Program-made: the position numbers and the translations under genes
NCBI GenBank assembly: GCA_050309605.1
Contig: JBNRMN010000034.1
Coordinates: 64,001-128,000 of the forward strand
Direction of reading: 5' to 3'
Origin: Anaerohalosphaeraceae bacterium
GTDB lineage: Bacteria; Planctomycetota; Phycisphaerae; Sedimentisphaerales; Anaerohalosphaeraceae
Length of the DNA stretch: 64,000 nucleotides
Notes under the pieces: generated by a model
Told to the model about the DNA's origin: nothing
What the model saw: only the letters and a program-made list of their open reading frames with translations
Databases searched by the model: none
Shown here: one piece after another, positions 50,327 to 60,510 of the stretch
Layout: each line of letters opens with the position of its first letter
How positions within the stretch are numbered: position 1 is the stretch's first letter

Positions 50327-51589
50327 ATGCAGTCAGCCATTGAGAAAAGCGATTTAGAAGTTTTTGATATTATTTGCCGCGAACAAGAGCGTCAGGCCGC
50401 CTCTTTGCGGATGATTCCGTCTGAAAATTATGTTTCCCAAGCGGTGATGGCAGCTACGGGAAGCTGTCTGACCAATAAATACGCTGAAGGCTATCCCGGC
50501 AAACGCTATTACGAGGGACAGGAATATACCGACCGCATCGAGAATCTGGCCCGTCAGCGGGCGATGGCCTTGTTCGGGGCCGAAGGCGCCAACGTCCAGC
50601 CGCATTCCGGTTCCCCGGCCAATCTGGCGACCTACTGCGCATTGGCCGAACCCGGCTCGACGATCATGGGGCTGGCGCTGCCGCACGGCGGTCACCTGAC
50701 ACACGGCTGGAAGGTCAGTTTTACCGGAAAGTTCTTCAATTCCGTTCAGTATGAACTGGACCCCAAGACCGGCCGGCTTGACTACAACAAAATTGCCGAT
50801 TTAGCCAAAATACATAAACCCAAAATCCTCATTTCCGGCGCCAGCGCCTATCCGCGGGCGATTGATTTTACGGCGTTTCAGGAAATCGCCAGGTCCGTTG
50901 GGGCCTGTCACGTCTGTGATATGGCCCACATCGCCGGACTGGTCGCCGGCAAGGTCCATATGAGTCCTGTGCCGTATGCCGATGTGGTAACGACGACGAC
51001 GCACAAGACCCTTCGCGGGCCGCGCGGCGGAATGATTTTGTTCCGGAAGGAACACGAAGCGGCCATTAACAAGGCCGTCTTTCCCGGAATGCAGGGCGGG
51101 CCGCATATGCATACGATTTCAGCACTGGCCGTGGCGCTGGGCGAGGCCGCCACGCCGGACTTTGAGGCCTATGCCAAACAGGTCGTCGCCAACGCCAAAC
51201 GGCTGGCTGATAAACTGATGAATTTCGGCTTTCAATTGGTTTCCGGCGGCACGGACAACCATTTGATGCTGATTGATCTGCGCAACAAGGGACTGACCGG
51301 CAAACCGCTGGCCAAGGCGCTGGATCGGGCCGGTATTGTCTGCAATTATAATTCGGTACCGGGGGATACTGCCGGTCCGTTCAATCCCAGCGGCCTGCGG
51401 CTGGGAACACCGGCGCTGACTACGCGGGGAATGAAAGAAGAGCAGATGGATCAGGTCGCCGAGTGGATCAATACCGTCGCCGACAACATCGATAACGAAG
51501 AAGTCATCGCCAAAGTCGGCCGCGCGGTCAAAGATGTGTGCACTCAATTTCCCGTGCCGGAACTGTTTGTCAAACGAGCGAATCAGTAA
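50327..51589 (+). CDS. glyA: Serine hydroxymethyltransferase
   Basis: SENY, NKYAEGYPGKRYY, GGHLTHG, TTTHKTLRGPRGG and SGLRLGTPA; AGGAG RBS. Confidence 0.97.
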   Translation: MQSAIEKSDLEVFDIICREQERQAASLRMIPSENYVSQAVMAATGSCLTNKYAEGYPGKRYYEGQEYTDRIENLARQRAMALFGAEGANVQPHSGSPANLATYCALAEPGSTIMGLALPHGGHLTHGWKVSFTGKFFNSVQYELDPKTGRLDYNKIADLAKIHKPKILISGASAYPRAIDFTAFQEIARSVGACHVCDMAHIAGLVAGKVHMSPVPYADVVTTTTHKTLRGPRGGMILFRKEHEAAINKAVFPGMQGGPHMHTISALAVALGEAATPDFEAYAKQVVANAKRLADKLMNFGFQLVSGGTDNHLMLIDLRNKGLTGKPLAKALDRAGIVCNYNSVPGDTAGPFNPSGLRLGTPALTTRGMKEEQMDQVAEWINTVADNIDNEEVIAKVGRAVKDVCTQFPVPELFVKRANQ

Positions 51590-51616
51590 GCATGCCGTAG
51601 CGTAAAAAATATCCAG

Positions 51617-51649
51617 CCCTGTCCTCGACACAAAGGACAGGGTTTTTTT
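51617..51649 (+). terminator. Intrinsic terminator after glyA
   Basis: CCCTGTCCT-N8-AGGACAGGG followed by T7. Confidence 0.85.
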
Positions 51650-51667
51650 ATCAATTCCCAGCCGTTT

Positions 51668-51931
51668 TTATGGGTGGGGGTTTTGTCTATGCAGCCGTAT
51701 GGCATTGAGCTCTCGCTCAATCGGCCATTCGCAGAATGCCAGGATCAGCAGTGCAATGAAATTGGCAATGGGAATGAACATCAGCAGCCCCATGGCCCAG
51801 TGGAATCCGGCTTTGGAAAAAATTTTGCAATAAATGGCCACAAACAAGAGGACGATGGCCAAGACAACAACAATACCGAAACAGCCGCCCAGCAACTGGA
51901 CGGTTTGCGGAATATGAGGTGCAGTATGCAT
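51668..51931 (-). CDS. Small membrane protein
   Basis: Hydrophobic, with KIFSKAG..W..L..IP..N......AF..WP; AGGAG RBS. Confidence 0.7.
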   Translation of the reverse strand: MHTAPHIPQTVQLLGGCFGIVVVLAIVLLFVAIYCKIFSKAGFHWAMGLLMFIPIANFIALLILAFCEWPIERELNAIRLHRQNPHP

Positions 51932-52074
51932 TTCGCTCTCCTTGTCCTTAAAACAGGTTGATCTTTTCCACGGCGACTCGATTCATACGATCAGACGCCG
52001 CCAACACAGAAGTGTTGCAGGTCTTTTTTCGATTCAGCATGATGCTGTTGCAGCGGGCGGTATGGTGTGAGCAG

Positions 52075-52257
52075 TCAATTCCGATTTGTTGTTTCCGGCA
52101 GTCGGCTCAGCAGCACGTCCACCTTGATCGACAGCGCAAATAACCCCAAACCCACACAGACCGCACCGATCAAAAAATGCTGCAAAGCCGCCAGAATCGG
52201 CCCGCACAACAGTAAAAACGGCATCAGATATCCCAACCACTGGCCAAACGTTCGCAT
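52075..52257 (-). CDS. Small two-TM hypothetical protein
   Basis: 60 aa, hydrophobic, GGGAG RBS. Confidence 0.5.
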   Translation of the reverse strand: MRTFGQWLGYLMPFLLLCGPILAALQHFLIGAVCVGLGLFALSIKVDVLLSRLPETTNRN

Positions 52258-52398
52258 GAGATACTCCCAAAATTAGACTGTCTTCGATGTAAACCCGGTT
52301 TGAGAAATTGTATTGCTTCCATGCAGGAATACATATATCCCGCCGCCCAAAAGAAAGATGGGCAAAACGCACAACAAAAAGAGTTTTTTAATAGCCAC

Positions 52399-53595
52399 TT
52401 AAGTCTCCAGCGTTTTTCCGTCGAGGATGTGCCAGGGCAGGCCGTAACGGTTCAGGTCTTCCATGAAGGGGTCGGGGTCAAATTGCTCCATGTTAAAGAC
52501 GCCTTTGCCGCGCCATTTGCCTTCGAGCATCATCTTGGCGCCGATCATCGCCGGCACGCCCGTCGTGTAGGAGACTGCCTGTGCCTTGACTTCTTGATAG
52601 CATTCGGCGTGGTCGCAGACATTGTAAATCATCATTTGCTTGCGCTGTCCGTCTTTGAGGCCGTCAAAGATCACGCCGATACACGTCTTACCCTTATAAT
52701 TAACGCCCAGCGAGCCGGGATCGGGCAGCAGGGCCTTGAGGAACTTGATCGGCACGATCTTGTGTCCTTCAAACTCCACCTCGTCGATCCGCGTCATTCC
52801 CACATTCTGTAAGACGCGCAGGTGCGTCAGATACTCGTCGCCGAAAGTCATCCAGAAACGGATGCGCTTTAGCCCCTTGATGTGTTTGACCAGCGATTCC
52901 AGTTCCTCATGATACAGCACATACGACGCCCGCGGCCCGACCTGGGGATAGTCAATCTCCTTGCGAAGGCTCATCGGTTCGATCTCGACCCATTGACCGT
53001 CCTGCCAGTAGCGGCCTTTTTGAGTGATCTCGCGAATATTGATTTCCGGATTGAAATTGGTCGCAAATGGATGGCCGTGCTCGCCGGCGTTGCAATCCAC
53101 GATGTCGATGGTGTGAATCTCGTCGTAGGAATGCTTCTGTGCGTATGCGCAGAACACATTCGTCACGCCCGGATCGAACCCGCTGCCCAGCAGGGCCATA
53201 ATCCCCTCGGCTTTATAGCGGTCATGGTAGGCCCACTGCCATTTGTATTCGAATTTCGCCTCGTCCGGCGGTTCATAGTTGGCCGTGTCCAGATAATCTG
53301 TGCCCGTTTCAAGACAGGCGTCCATAATTGGCAAATCCTGATAGGGCAGGGCGACATTGATGACCAGGTCGGGGTTGTGTTTGTCAATCAGTTCAACCAA
53401 TTGTCGCACATTGTCGGCATCGACCTGCGCGGTCTGCACGGGGCGAGAACTGTTTGCGGCGATGGCGTCGCATTTAGACTTCGTTCGACTGGCCAGGATG
53501 ATTTCTGAAAAGACCTCCGGCACCTGGGCACATTTCTGCACGACCACGTTGCCGACGCCGCCGGCTCCGATTATCAAGACTTTTTTACTCATCAT
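52399..53595 (-). CDS. Saccharopine dehydrogenase family, carboxy(nor)spermidine dehydrogenase type
   Basis: IIGAGGVG, VALPYQDL.IMDACL, DTANYEP, GFDPG.TNVF, FATNFNPEINIRE and SYTTGVPAMIGA. Confidence 0.92.
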   Translation of the reverse strand: MMSKKVLIIGAGGVGNVVVQKCAQVPEVFSEIILASRTKSKCDAIAANSSRPVQTAQVDADNVRQLVELIDKHNPDLVINVALPYQDLPIMDACLETGTDYLDTANYEPPDEAKFEYKWQWAYHDRYKAEGIMALLGSGFDPGVTNVFCAYAQKHSYDEIHTIDIVDCNAGEHGHPFATNFNPEINIREITQKGRYWQDGQWVEIEPMSLRKEIDYPQVGPRASYVLYHEELESLVKHIKGLKRIRFWMTFGDEYLTHLRVLQNVGMTRIDEVEFEGHKIVPIKFLKALLPDPGSLGVNYKGKTCIGVIFDGLKDGQRKQMMIYNVCDHAECYQEVKAQAVSYTTGVPAMIGAKMMLEGKWRGKGVFNMEQFDPDPFMEDLNRYGLPWHILDGKTLET

Positions 53596-53816
53596 AGACT
53601 CCCCAATTCAGATACAAACTCACTCTATAAGTTGACAAATAAACCATTTCGATTTATTGTACACCCAAACCGCCTCCAATAAAACCCTTTTTGGGCGGTG
53701 TCCGCTGAGATGCCCAATACCGCACCATATAAGGCTGTCGAGGCAATCGATTGTCGATTGACGCATAGCATAAATAACGACTTGCATTTTTTGGCGGTTG
53801 GTCTATAATGGGACAA

Positions 53817-53920
53817 CTGTGACAGGGGAGCGGCGGATTTTGCCCCGTTCGCTGAGAGTTCGCGATGTGCGAGTACCCTTTGAACCTGATCCGGCTAATA
53901 CCGGCGAAGGGAGGCACAAG
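53817..53920 (+). ncRNA. TPP riboswitch
   Basis: GGGGAG..GCTGAGA..ACCCTTTGAACCTGATCCGGCTAATACCGGCGAAGGGA consensus, upstream of thiS. Confidence 0.95.
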
Positions 53921-53946
53921 AACAAGATAAATAAGATTTGTTTTTT

Positions 53947-53974
53947 AGCCTTCGCCGTCGGCGGAGGCTTTTTT
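53947..53974 (+). terminator. Terminator in the TPP riboswitch expression platform
   Basis: AGCCTTCGCC-GTC-GGCGGAGGCT followed by T's; its 5' arm CCTTCGCCG is complementary to aptamer CGGCGAAGG. Confidence 0.85.
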
Positions 53975-53994
53975 ATTGGATGGTTTGGGAAACA

Positions 53995-54210
53995 ATGACA
54001 GTACGACTGAAAATCAACGGCACCGATAAGCTGTATGAACCGGCCACGATGCCCGAGACGCTGGCGGATTTGCTGGCGACGATGAAGATTGATCAGGCGA
54101 CAGTGGTGGCCGAGATTGACGGCGCTATCGTGCCGCGGGATCAGTTCGCCGCGACCCGTTTGGCCGATGGAATGGTCCTTGAGCTGGTGCGATTCGTGCC
54201 GGGAGGATAA
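53995..54210 (+). CDS. thiS: Sulfur carrier ThiS
   Basis: Ubiquitin-like, C-terminal FVPGG. Confidence 0.93.
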   Translation: MTVRLKINGTDKLYEPATMPETLADLLATMKIDQATVVAEIDGAIVPRDQFAATRLADGMVLELVRFVPGG

Positions 54211-54212
54211 CT

Positions 54213-54989
54213 TTGACGGATACACTTCAATTTGCAGATCATACGTTTGATTCACGGCTGCTGGTTGGTACGGGAAAGTTTGCGTCCAATACCCTGATGG
54301 CTGAGGCCATCGCCGCATCCGGGACGCAGATCGTAACGGTTGCCCTGCGGCGGGTGGATATCGAAAACGAAAACGACAATATGCTTTCTGCGATTGACCG
54401 CACGAAGTATCTGTTGTTGCCCAATACCTCCGGCGCGCGGGATGCGGCCGAGGCGGTGCGGCTGGCGCGGCTGGCACGCGCGGCCAGCGGCATTCACTGG
54501 GTCAAGCTGGAAGTGACGCCCGACCCGTATTATCTGCTGCCCGACGGTGAAGAGACGCTCAAGGCCGCTGAAACGCTGGTCAAAGACGGCTTTGTGGTGC
54601 TGCCGTATATGAACGCCGATCCGATTCTGGCCAAGAAATTGCAGGACGTCGGCTGCGCGACGGTGATGCCGTTGGCCAGTCCTATCGGTTCCAATCAGGG
54701 GCTTAAGATGCGGTCTTCCATCGAAATCATCATTGAACAGGCGACCGTGCCGGTGGTCGTCGATGCCGGATTGGGCGCACCCTCACATGCGGCTGAGGCC
54801 ATGGAAATGGGCGCTGATGCCGTGCTGGTCAATACCGCGATTGCGACGGCCGAAAATCCCGTTGCGATGGCGACCGCCTTCAAGCTGGCCGTTCAGGCCG
54901 GGCGACTGGCCTATTGTGCCGGTCTGGCGGCATCAAGCACACAAGCCAGTGCCTCCAGTCCGCTGACGGGATTTTTGCGAAACGAATAA
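54213..54989 (+). CDS. thiG: Thiazole synthase
   Basis: [30 protein letters not shown] and VDAG.G.PSHA. Confidence 0.97.
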   Translation: MTDTLQFADHTFDSRLLVGTGKFASNTLMAEAIAASGTQIVTVALRRVDIENENDNMLSAIDRTKYLLLPNTSGARDAAEAVRLARLARAASGIHWVKLEVTPDPYYLLPDGEETLKAAETLVKDGFVVLPYMNADPILAKKLQDVGCATVMPLASPIGSNQGLKMRSSIEIIIEQATVPVVVDAGLGAPSHAAEAMEMGADAVLVNTAIATAENPVAMATAFKLAVQAGRLAYCAGLAASSTQASASSPLTGFLRNE

Positions 54990-55101
54990 CAGGCCCGAAA
55001 GGCAGAAAGTAATTAGCCGGAGACATAAGGCTCCACGAAGAGATCGTAAAGAAATAAAATGAGTGATTGTCTCTGTTCGGGGTATTTTGTGTTTTAATAA
55101 A

Positions 55102-56274
55102 ATGGATCAACACTACGACATACTTTCGATTCTCGCCGACAAGCACTTGGACAAAGACCGTTGCCGGTGGATCGACGTAATTAACGGCGTGTCTGCTGCG
55201 CAAGTCGAGCAGGCACTGGCGCAGCCGCCCGGCCGTTACCGTTTTGAGCGGATGCTGACCCTCCTGTCGCCGGCAGCGCGAGCGTATCTGGAGCCGATGG
55301 CGCAACAAGCGCAGCGGCTGACGATTCAGCGGTTCGGGCGGACGATTCAGCTTTATGCGCCGCTGTATGTGTCCAACGTCTGCGTCAATAGCTGCCGCTA
55401 TTGCGGCTACAATCGCCAAACCGATGTCAAGCGCACCCGGCTGACCATTGAGCAGGCCCTGGCCGATGCGCACGTGATTGCCGGCGAAGGCTTTCGTCAT
55501 GTGCTGCTGGTCAGCGGCGAAGACCGCCAGTTCATCACCCTGGAGTATCTGACCGAGCTGGCCGATAAACTGAGGCAATATTTCTCCTCGATCTCCATTG
55601 AAATCTACCCGCTCAGCCGCGACGAATACGCCGCGTTATTTGCCGCCGGCATCGACGGTGTGGCGCTCTACCAGGAAACCTACGACCGCGCTATCTATGC
55701 CGATTATCACATCGCCGGCCCCAAACGCGACTACGACAATCGACTCACTGCGCCCGACCGTTTTGCCGCCGCGGGGATGCGGCAGCTTGGGCTGGGGGTG
55801 CTGCTGGGGCTGGCCGACTGGCGGCTTGACACGCTGGCGATGGCCGAGCACGCGGCCTATCTGATGAAACGTTACTGGAAAAGCCGGATTGATTTTTCGT
55901 TTCCACGCATTCGCCCGGCGGTCAATGTGATGCATCGATGGCCGTATGCCGTCTCGGATGAAGACCTTGTGCAAATGATGCTGGCGCTGCGATTGTGCTT
56001 TGCCGATACGGGGATTGTGCTCAGTACGCGCGAATCGGCTTCTTTTCGCGACCGGATGATGAACATCTGCGTGACGCGCGTCAGCGCCGGCTCCAAGACC
56101 AACCCCGGCGGCTATGCCAGTGAAAAAGATGCTGTCGAACAATTTACCATCGCCGACGACCGCAGCCCCGCCCAGATCGCCGTCGTCATCGCCCAACACG
56201 GCCTGGAACCCGTCTGGAAAGACTGGGACGCAGGATTCATTGACGATGAATTAGAAACCCCAAAAGACGGTTAA
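55102..56274 (+). CDS. thiH: 2-iminoacetate synthase (radical SAM tyrosine lyase)
   Basis: YAPLY.SN.CxxxCxYC, YQETY, LSTRE, SAGSKTNPGGY and PVWKDWD. Confidence 0.95.
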   Translation: MDQHYDILSILADKHLDKDRCRWIDVINGVSAAQVEQALAQPPGRYRFERMLTLLSPAARAYLEPMAQQAQRLTIQRFGRTIQLYAPLYVSNVCVNSCRYCGYNRQTDVKRTRLTIEQALADAHVIAGEGFRHVLLVSGEDRQFITLEYLTELADKLRQYFSSISIEIYPLSRDEYAALFAAGIDGVALYQETYDRAIYADYHIAGPKRDYDNRLTAPDRFAAAGMRQLGLGVLLGLADWRLDTLAMAEHAAYLMKRYWKSRIDFSFPRIRPAVNVMHRWPYAVSDEDLVQMMLALRLCFADTGIVLSTRESASFRDRMMNICVTRVSAGSKTNPGGYASEKDAVEQFTIADDRSPAQIAVVIAQHGLEPVWKDWDAGFIDDELETPKDG

Positions 56275-56336
56275 TATGGGAATATAAGAGTTGATACTTT
56301 GAAGTGAAATAGTATGATGATAAAGAGTGCTTGATT

Positions 56337-57157
56337 AAGGTTGTCCCCATGCGCTGGACAGAAACACCTTTGCGTTAAGGTGGAACTGTTCACACAGGTC
56401 ACGGTTAGCCGGTTCTGGGCGAAGGATCCCGGAAGGCGACCGAGACCAGAGCCGAGGTGTCGGCGGACCGCCCGCCATCTGTCTTTATTGTATCAACATC
56501 ACTGCCGTTTGCAATACCATAAACCGGTCGCCGGCATCTTGCGTTCCAGCGACCGGTGGCGGCGGCGTTCATTGTAAAACGCAAAATAGTGCCCCAGGCC
56601 CAACCTGGCCTTGGTGGGGGTCGGATAGTCCCGAATATACACTTCCTCATACTTGACTGTCCGCCAGAGACGCTCAACCATAATGTTATCAAACGCACAC
56701 CCTACGCCATCCATGCTGATGGCAATGCCGTGTTGCTTCAGCGGTCTTGTAAACGCCTTGGACGTAAACTGGCTGCATTTGGTCGGTGTTGAATATATCG
56801 GGCCGCCGGCCTGTCGCCAACGCCCGCTGGTGGGCTTCTACGCAATGAAATTTAGCTTGTTAAGCTACCAGACGCTTGAGACGGCTGTTTTCTTTTTCCA
56901 GTACCCGCAAGCGACGCACTTCCGGCACGGCCATCTGGCCGAACTGCTTCTTCCAGCGATACCACGTCTGCTCCGAAACCCCGTATGCCTTGCAGACCTG
57001 GGCAACCGTCTGTTCGGACTGCTCGGCCTGACGCAGCATCCCGACAATCTGCTCTTCCGTAAACCATTTCTTTTTCATGCGATTTCTCCTGTAATTCTGG
57101 ATTCATTTACAGGGAAACCCTAACATTGTCAATGGCCTAAAAATAGGGGGATGGGCC
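56337..57157 (-). mobile_element. Degenerate IS3-family remnant(s)
   Basis: OrfA-like 56860-57078 (FTEEQI...VC...GVS..T.Y.WK..FG.M...E.RRL..LE.EN.RLK). Frameshifted integrase C-terminus at about 56499-56810 (PDIFNTDQ / SQFTS / DNIMVERLWRTVKYE / YN.RR.H.SL). Most of OrfB is deleted; IR-like ends near 56340 and 57155. Confidence 0.85.
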
Positions 57158-57178
57158 ATAAGGGTTTGGACCTATTTT

Positions 57179-58156
57179 TCAAGGCGTCGTTGAATTCGGC
57201 GATGGGGGCGATTGTGCGGGTGTGTCGTGGGAACGGTAATGGCCGGATGTTACCGTAATCAGTTTTTTTGATAATAAAAATTGAATATATTTGACCACTT
57301 CGTTTCGGTGTAGTCCCAGGCCGTTTTCGATATCCTCAATGGTGCAGGGACGTCGTGTCAAAAGCGTCAAGATGTCTTCTTGCTGCGACGCGCTTTCATA
57401 GTGTTCACTTACAGCCCTGTAATCTGCGATCGCCTCAGAGTTCTCGAAAAGCCGCAACGCAATCTGCTCCAATTGAGTAACAGGGACCGGCTCGGCAAAA
57501 TGTTCCGCCGGTGGGCGCGTGACAGTGTTGATCTGCACCTTGTCCGGCTGTATCAATGCAATAGCCGATTTGAGATTCTCGATTTCCTTGTCCGTTGTGG
57601 ACAGCCCGGCCGTCAGAAAGACTTCCAGCCAATATGGGCCGTGATAATCTTTCCGAAAAGCAATCAAGCCCTTGAGCATTTTTTCAAATGGTATTGCGGC
57701 ATGCGGCCTGTTGATATAGCGAAACAAAGTATCGCTGCCGGCGTCCAGAGAAGGGATCACCAAATCGGCACGTTTGAGCGACTCCCTGACCTCCGGCATC
57801 CACAACAGCGAGCCGTTGGTTAATACGGCAATTGGAATGTTCGTGATTTGTTTGATGTGGTCAATCAGTTCACCGCATCGGGAATACAAGGCCGGTTCAC
57901 CCGATCCGGAAAGTGTAATGTAGTCCGGCCGCAACGATAATTTATTCTCCAACTGGCGCAGGAGGACATCCATCGGATGCCATTCTTTCCGTTCGATGGT
58001 CTTGTTTGTTGTGCGGCCTAATTGACAGTAGATACAATCATAACTGCATGTCTTAAAGGGGACAAGATCAATGCCCAGCGACCGCCTCAATCGGCGCGAT
58101 GGAACCGGGCCAAAAATGTATTGTTTGTTCGTAGTGTTCACTGTGTCTGATCTCAT
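57179..58156 (-). CDS. Radical SAM protein (COG0731 / TYW1-like bacterial family)
   Basis: [35 protein letters not shown] and PSLDA; C-terminal RRP HTH. Confidence 0.9.
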   Translation of the reverse strand: MRSDTVNTTNKQYIFGPVPSRRLRRSLGIDLVPFKTCSYDCIYCQLGRTTNKTIERKEWHPMDVLLRQLENKLSLRPDYITLSGSGEPALYSRCGELIDHIKQITNIPIAVLTNGSLLWMPEVRESLKRADLVIPSLDAGSDTLFRYINRPHAAIPFEKMLKGLIAFRKDYHGPYWLEVFLTAGLSTTDKEIENLKSAIALIQPDKVQINTVTRPPAEHFAEPVPVTQLEQIALRLFENSEAIADYRAVSEHYESASQQEDILTLLTRRPCTIEDIENGLGLHRNEVVKYIQFLLSKKLITVTSGHYRSHDTPAQSPPSPNSTTP

Positions 58157-58503
58157 TTTTTGGTGGTTTCCGTCCTGATGTCCAATTGGATATCCAGCGG
58201 ATTGTACTTGCTCATCATACCGGCCTTTCCGATCAGTTTTAAATGTATCTGGGGTTGCCCGTTTCGGTCTGTGAAGCGTTTGATACGAGTACTGTACCGA
58301 TAATGGACAACCATACTGTTCAGTTCATCCTGGAGCCGTACTAAAAGACGATCAACGTCAAGTCTGTTGTACTTTTTGAATATTCCTTTGAACGTAAATG
58401 TTCTGTCTTCAAACTCGTGAATGCAGCAAATCGCGGAGTTGATTCCTTCGCATTCGATTTCGATGACGTCTTTTCGCTTTTTGATCAAATCAATCAATCG
58501 CAT
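58153..58503 (-). CDS. Hypothetical protein
   Basis: 116-aa ORF overlapping both neighbours (TGATG and ATGA junctions). Confidence 0.6.
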   Translation of the reverse strand: MRLIDLIKKRKDVIEIECEGINSAICCIHEFEDRTFTFKGIFKKYNRLDVDRLLVRLQDELNSMVVHYRYSTRIKRFTDRNGQPQIHLKLIGKAGMMSKYNPLDIQLDIRTETTKK

Positions 58504-59057
58504 CAGTCATCCAATAGAAACATGGCAATGGCGACAACCGTTGTCCACAGTCCTTTTTTTCCTCTTGCGGTTTGTGTGATATTCGATGTTCGAATAATCA
58601 GGCCGCTGGTTTTATAGACCTGCTCTTTTTCAGACCAAGCCTTGTCGGGATCCACTTCCAGCCCCAGCGTGGTTCCCAGCATATCGGCGGCTAAATCCTC
58701 GGCCATGTCCGCCGCCTGCTGCCGGTTCATTCCGTGGCCGTGTACCTCGCTGATATAGCCCCATTGGCCGCGATCTTTAGGGACGGCGATTCCGACGGAT
58801 GCGGCGATGAGGCGGCCGTGTTCGTGACTATCCGTCCGTGCCATCACGCAATAAGAAATCCGGCCGGGCGTCATCTGTTTTAGACCCTCGCCACGGCTGA
58901 TCATCGCGCAGTGCGGCGGCAGGATGGACGAGACTTGCACCAGGTTCTGCTGGGCGACGCCCGCCTGACGCAGGGCTTCTTCAAAAGACTTTAACTGGTA
59001 TTTGTGCCGCCCGACGCCGCGGGTCAAAAAGACTTTGTGAGGAACAAACGATTGCAT
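58503..59057 (-). CDS. pdaD: Pyruvoyl-dependent arginine decarboxylase
   Basis: VP.KVFLT.GVG.H...L.SFE.ALR.AG....NLV.VSSILPP (Ser-Ser self-cleavage site), GYISE.H and WTTV. Confidence 0.9.
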   Translation of the reverse strand: MQSFVPHKVFLTRGVGRHKYQLKSFEEALRQAGVAQQNLVQVSSILPPHCAMISRGEGLKQMTPGRISYCVMARTDSHEHGRLIAASVGIAVPKDRGQWGYISEVHGHGMNRQQAADMAEDLAADMLGTTLGLEVDPDKAWSEKEQVYKTSGLIIRTSNITQTARGKKGLWTTVVAIAMFLLDD

Positions 59058-59088
59058 CAAAGTCTCCGGTAGAATGCCGTATTGGATT

Positions 59089-59931
59089 TTATAAACACAA
59101 CCGTGAACCTGCCCCGAAGAACAAACAACGGTCGTTAAAGGTGTCTTTAAGCTGCCGCATTGCCGACGAACCGGTGCAATGCAGCGGCGCAATGTATTGA
59201 ATGTCATATCGTTGAAACGCACGAATCGTTTCGTTTATGCGATTTGAATCGGCATGAACAAGGTGCATTCCGCCGATGACCGCATAGAAGGCCTGTGCGT
59301 CTGTCCATTGCCGGATTGCATCGAGGATATTGACCACGCCGGAGTGGGCACAGCCCAGAACCACCACCAGTCCCTTCTCGGATTCAAAATACAACGACTG
59401 ATCATCGGTCAGATCGTCCGGGCAGGTACACCCGGCGTCCCTGTAAAAATGCCCGCCAGTATCTTCAAACGGGGTATGGCGCGGCACCGGACCGGTCAGC
59501 ACAATACGATCACCTATTTCCGTCCGACCATTCACAAACACAACGCCGCCGGCAAGATCTTTTTCGGCCACCGCCAATTGCCCGTCGCGGGATATGCCAA
59601 TGGATCGGCATGCACCGCTTTTGAGGCTGTATTTCGGTTCCATCGCCTTTGGGTGCAGATAGACAGCAGCGTCCGGCGCCGATTGAACAGCCCTGGCCAG
59701 TCCGCCGGTGTGGTCGTAATGGCCGTGGCTCAGCGCCATGACGTCGGCGGTACGGACATCCACGCCCAGCCACTCGGCATTGTCAAACAGCCTGTCGCTT
59801 TGTCCGGTATCCCACAAAATACGCTTGTCGCCGACCTCGATCCACATCGACAGGCCGTGTTCGGTCTGCAGGGACGAGTCGGCAGCGTTGTTATCCATCA
59901 GAATCGTTATGCGTGCCGGTTTATTCATCAT
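59089..59931 (-). CDS. MBL-fold metallo-hydrolase (COG1237)
   Basis: EHGLS, DTGQ, LSHGHYDHTGG, GCAHSG, GG.HL and HCTG. Confidence 0.92.
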   Translation of the reverse strand: MMNKPARITILMDNNAADSSLQTEHGLSMWIEVGDKRILWDTGQSDRLFDNAEWLGVDVRTADVMALSHGHYDHTGGLARAVQSAPDAAVYLHPKAMEPKYSLKSGACRSIGISRDGQLAVAEKDLAGGVVFVNGRTEIGDRIVLTGPVPRHTPFEDTGGHFYRDAGCTCPDDLTDDQSLYFESEKGLVVVLGCAHSGVVNILDAIRQWTDAQAFYAVIGGMHLVHADSNRINETIRAFQRYDIQYIAPLHCTGSSAMRQLKDTFNDRCLFFGAGSRLCL

Positions 59932-60373
59932 TTCTCGGTCGGCGTTGTGCCAATTGAGGTTGGTCATAAAACTTGCCCTTGGCGGTCGCCTTGACCTGTC
60001 CATCCTGAACAATGTCGGCCTCCAGGAGATACAGCGGAGCGGCGTTTCGCACCAGCCGGGCATTGACGGTCGCTTGTCTATCGATATAGATCGGATGCCG
60101 AAATCGCGTGGTCATCTCGACCGTCACCGCTGCCTGTCCTCGCGCGAAAAGGCAATTGCCCATCGCGCCGTCCAGAATCGTCGCAATGATGCCGCCATGT
60201 AGGATCCCCGGATACCCCTCACAGGCCCTATCACATTCAAAACGGGCGAACACGCCGCCATTTCCAGTCTCAAACTCCAGATGCAGCCCTTTATCATTCA
60301 GCAGGCTGCACGCGACACAATACGGATGAGCCTGCTTTTGAATACGGCAATATTCATTTTCCAGCGTATGCAT
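59921..60373 (-). CDS. PaaI-family thioesterase with N-terminal CxxC
   Basis: CVAC...N..GL, GYPGILHGG..ATILD hotdog motif. Confidence 0.88.
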   Translation of the reverse strand: MHTLENEYCRIQKQAHPYCVACSLLNDKGLHLEFETGNGGVFARFECDRACEGYPGILHGGIIATILDGAMGNCLFARGQAAVTVEMTTRFRHPIYIDRQATVNARLVRNAAPLYLLEADIVQDGQVKATAKGKFYDQPQLAQRRPRNDE

Positions 60374-60489
60374 TATGCGTGATGACCTTTCCGGGCACCG
60401 GTGTGAACATAATTCAAGATCGCCTCCTGAATCGCCGACATGGAACGGATTGAAAATGCCTCAATCGCTTTGTCGGAAGAAAACATCAT
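60373..60489 (-). CDS. Putative 38-aa small protein (absent from the ORF track)
   Basis: MMFSSDKAIEAFSIRSMSAIQEAILNYVHTGARKGHHA*; GAGG RBS; TAATG overlap with the thioesterase start. Confidence 0.45.
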   Translation of the reverse strand: MMFSSDKAIEAFSIRSMSAIQEAILNYVHTGARKGHHA

Positions 60490-60510
60490 TGTACCTCGGC
60501 AGTATTCGTT

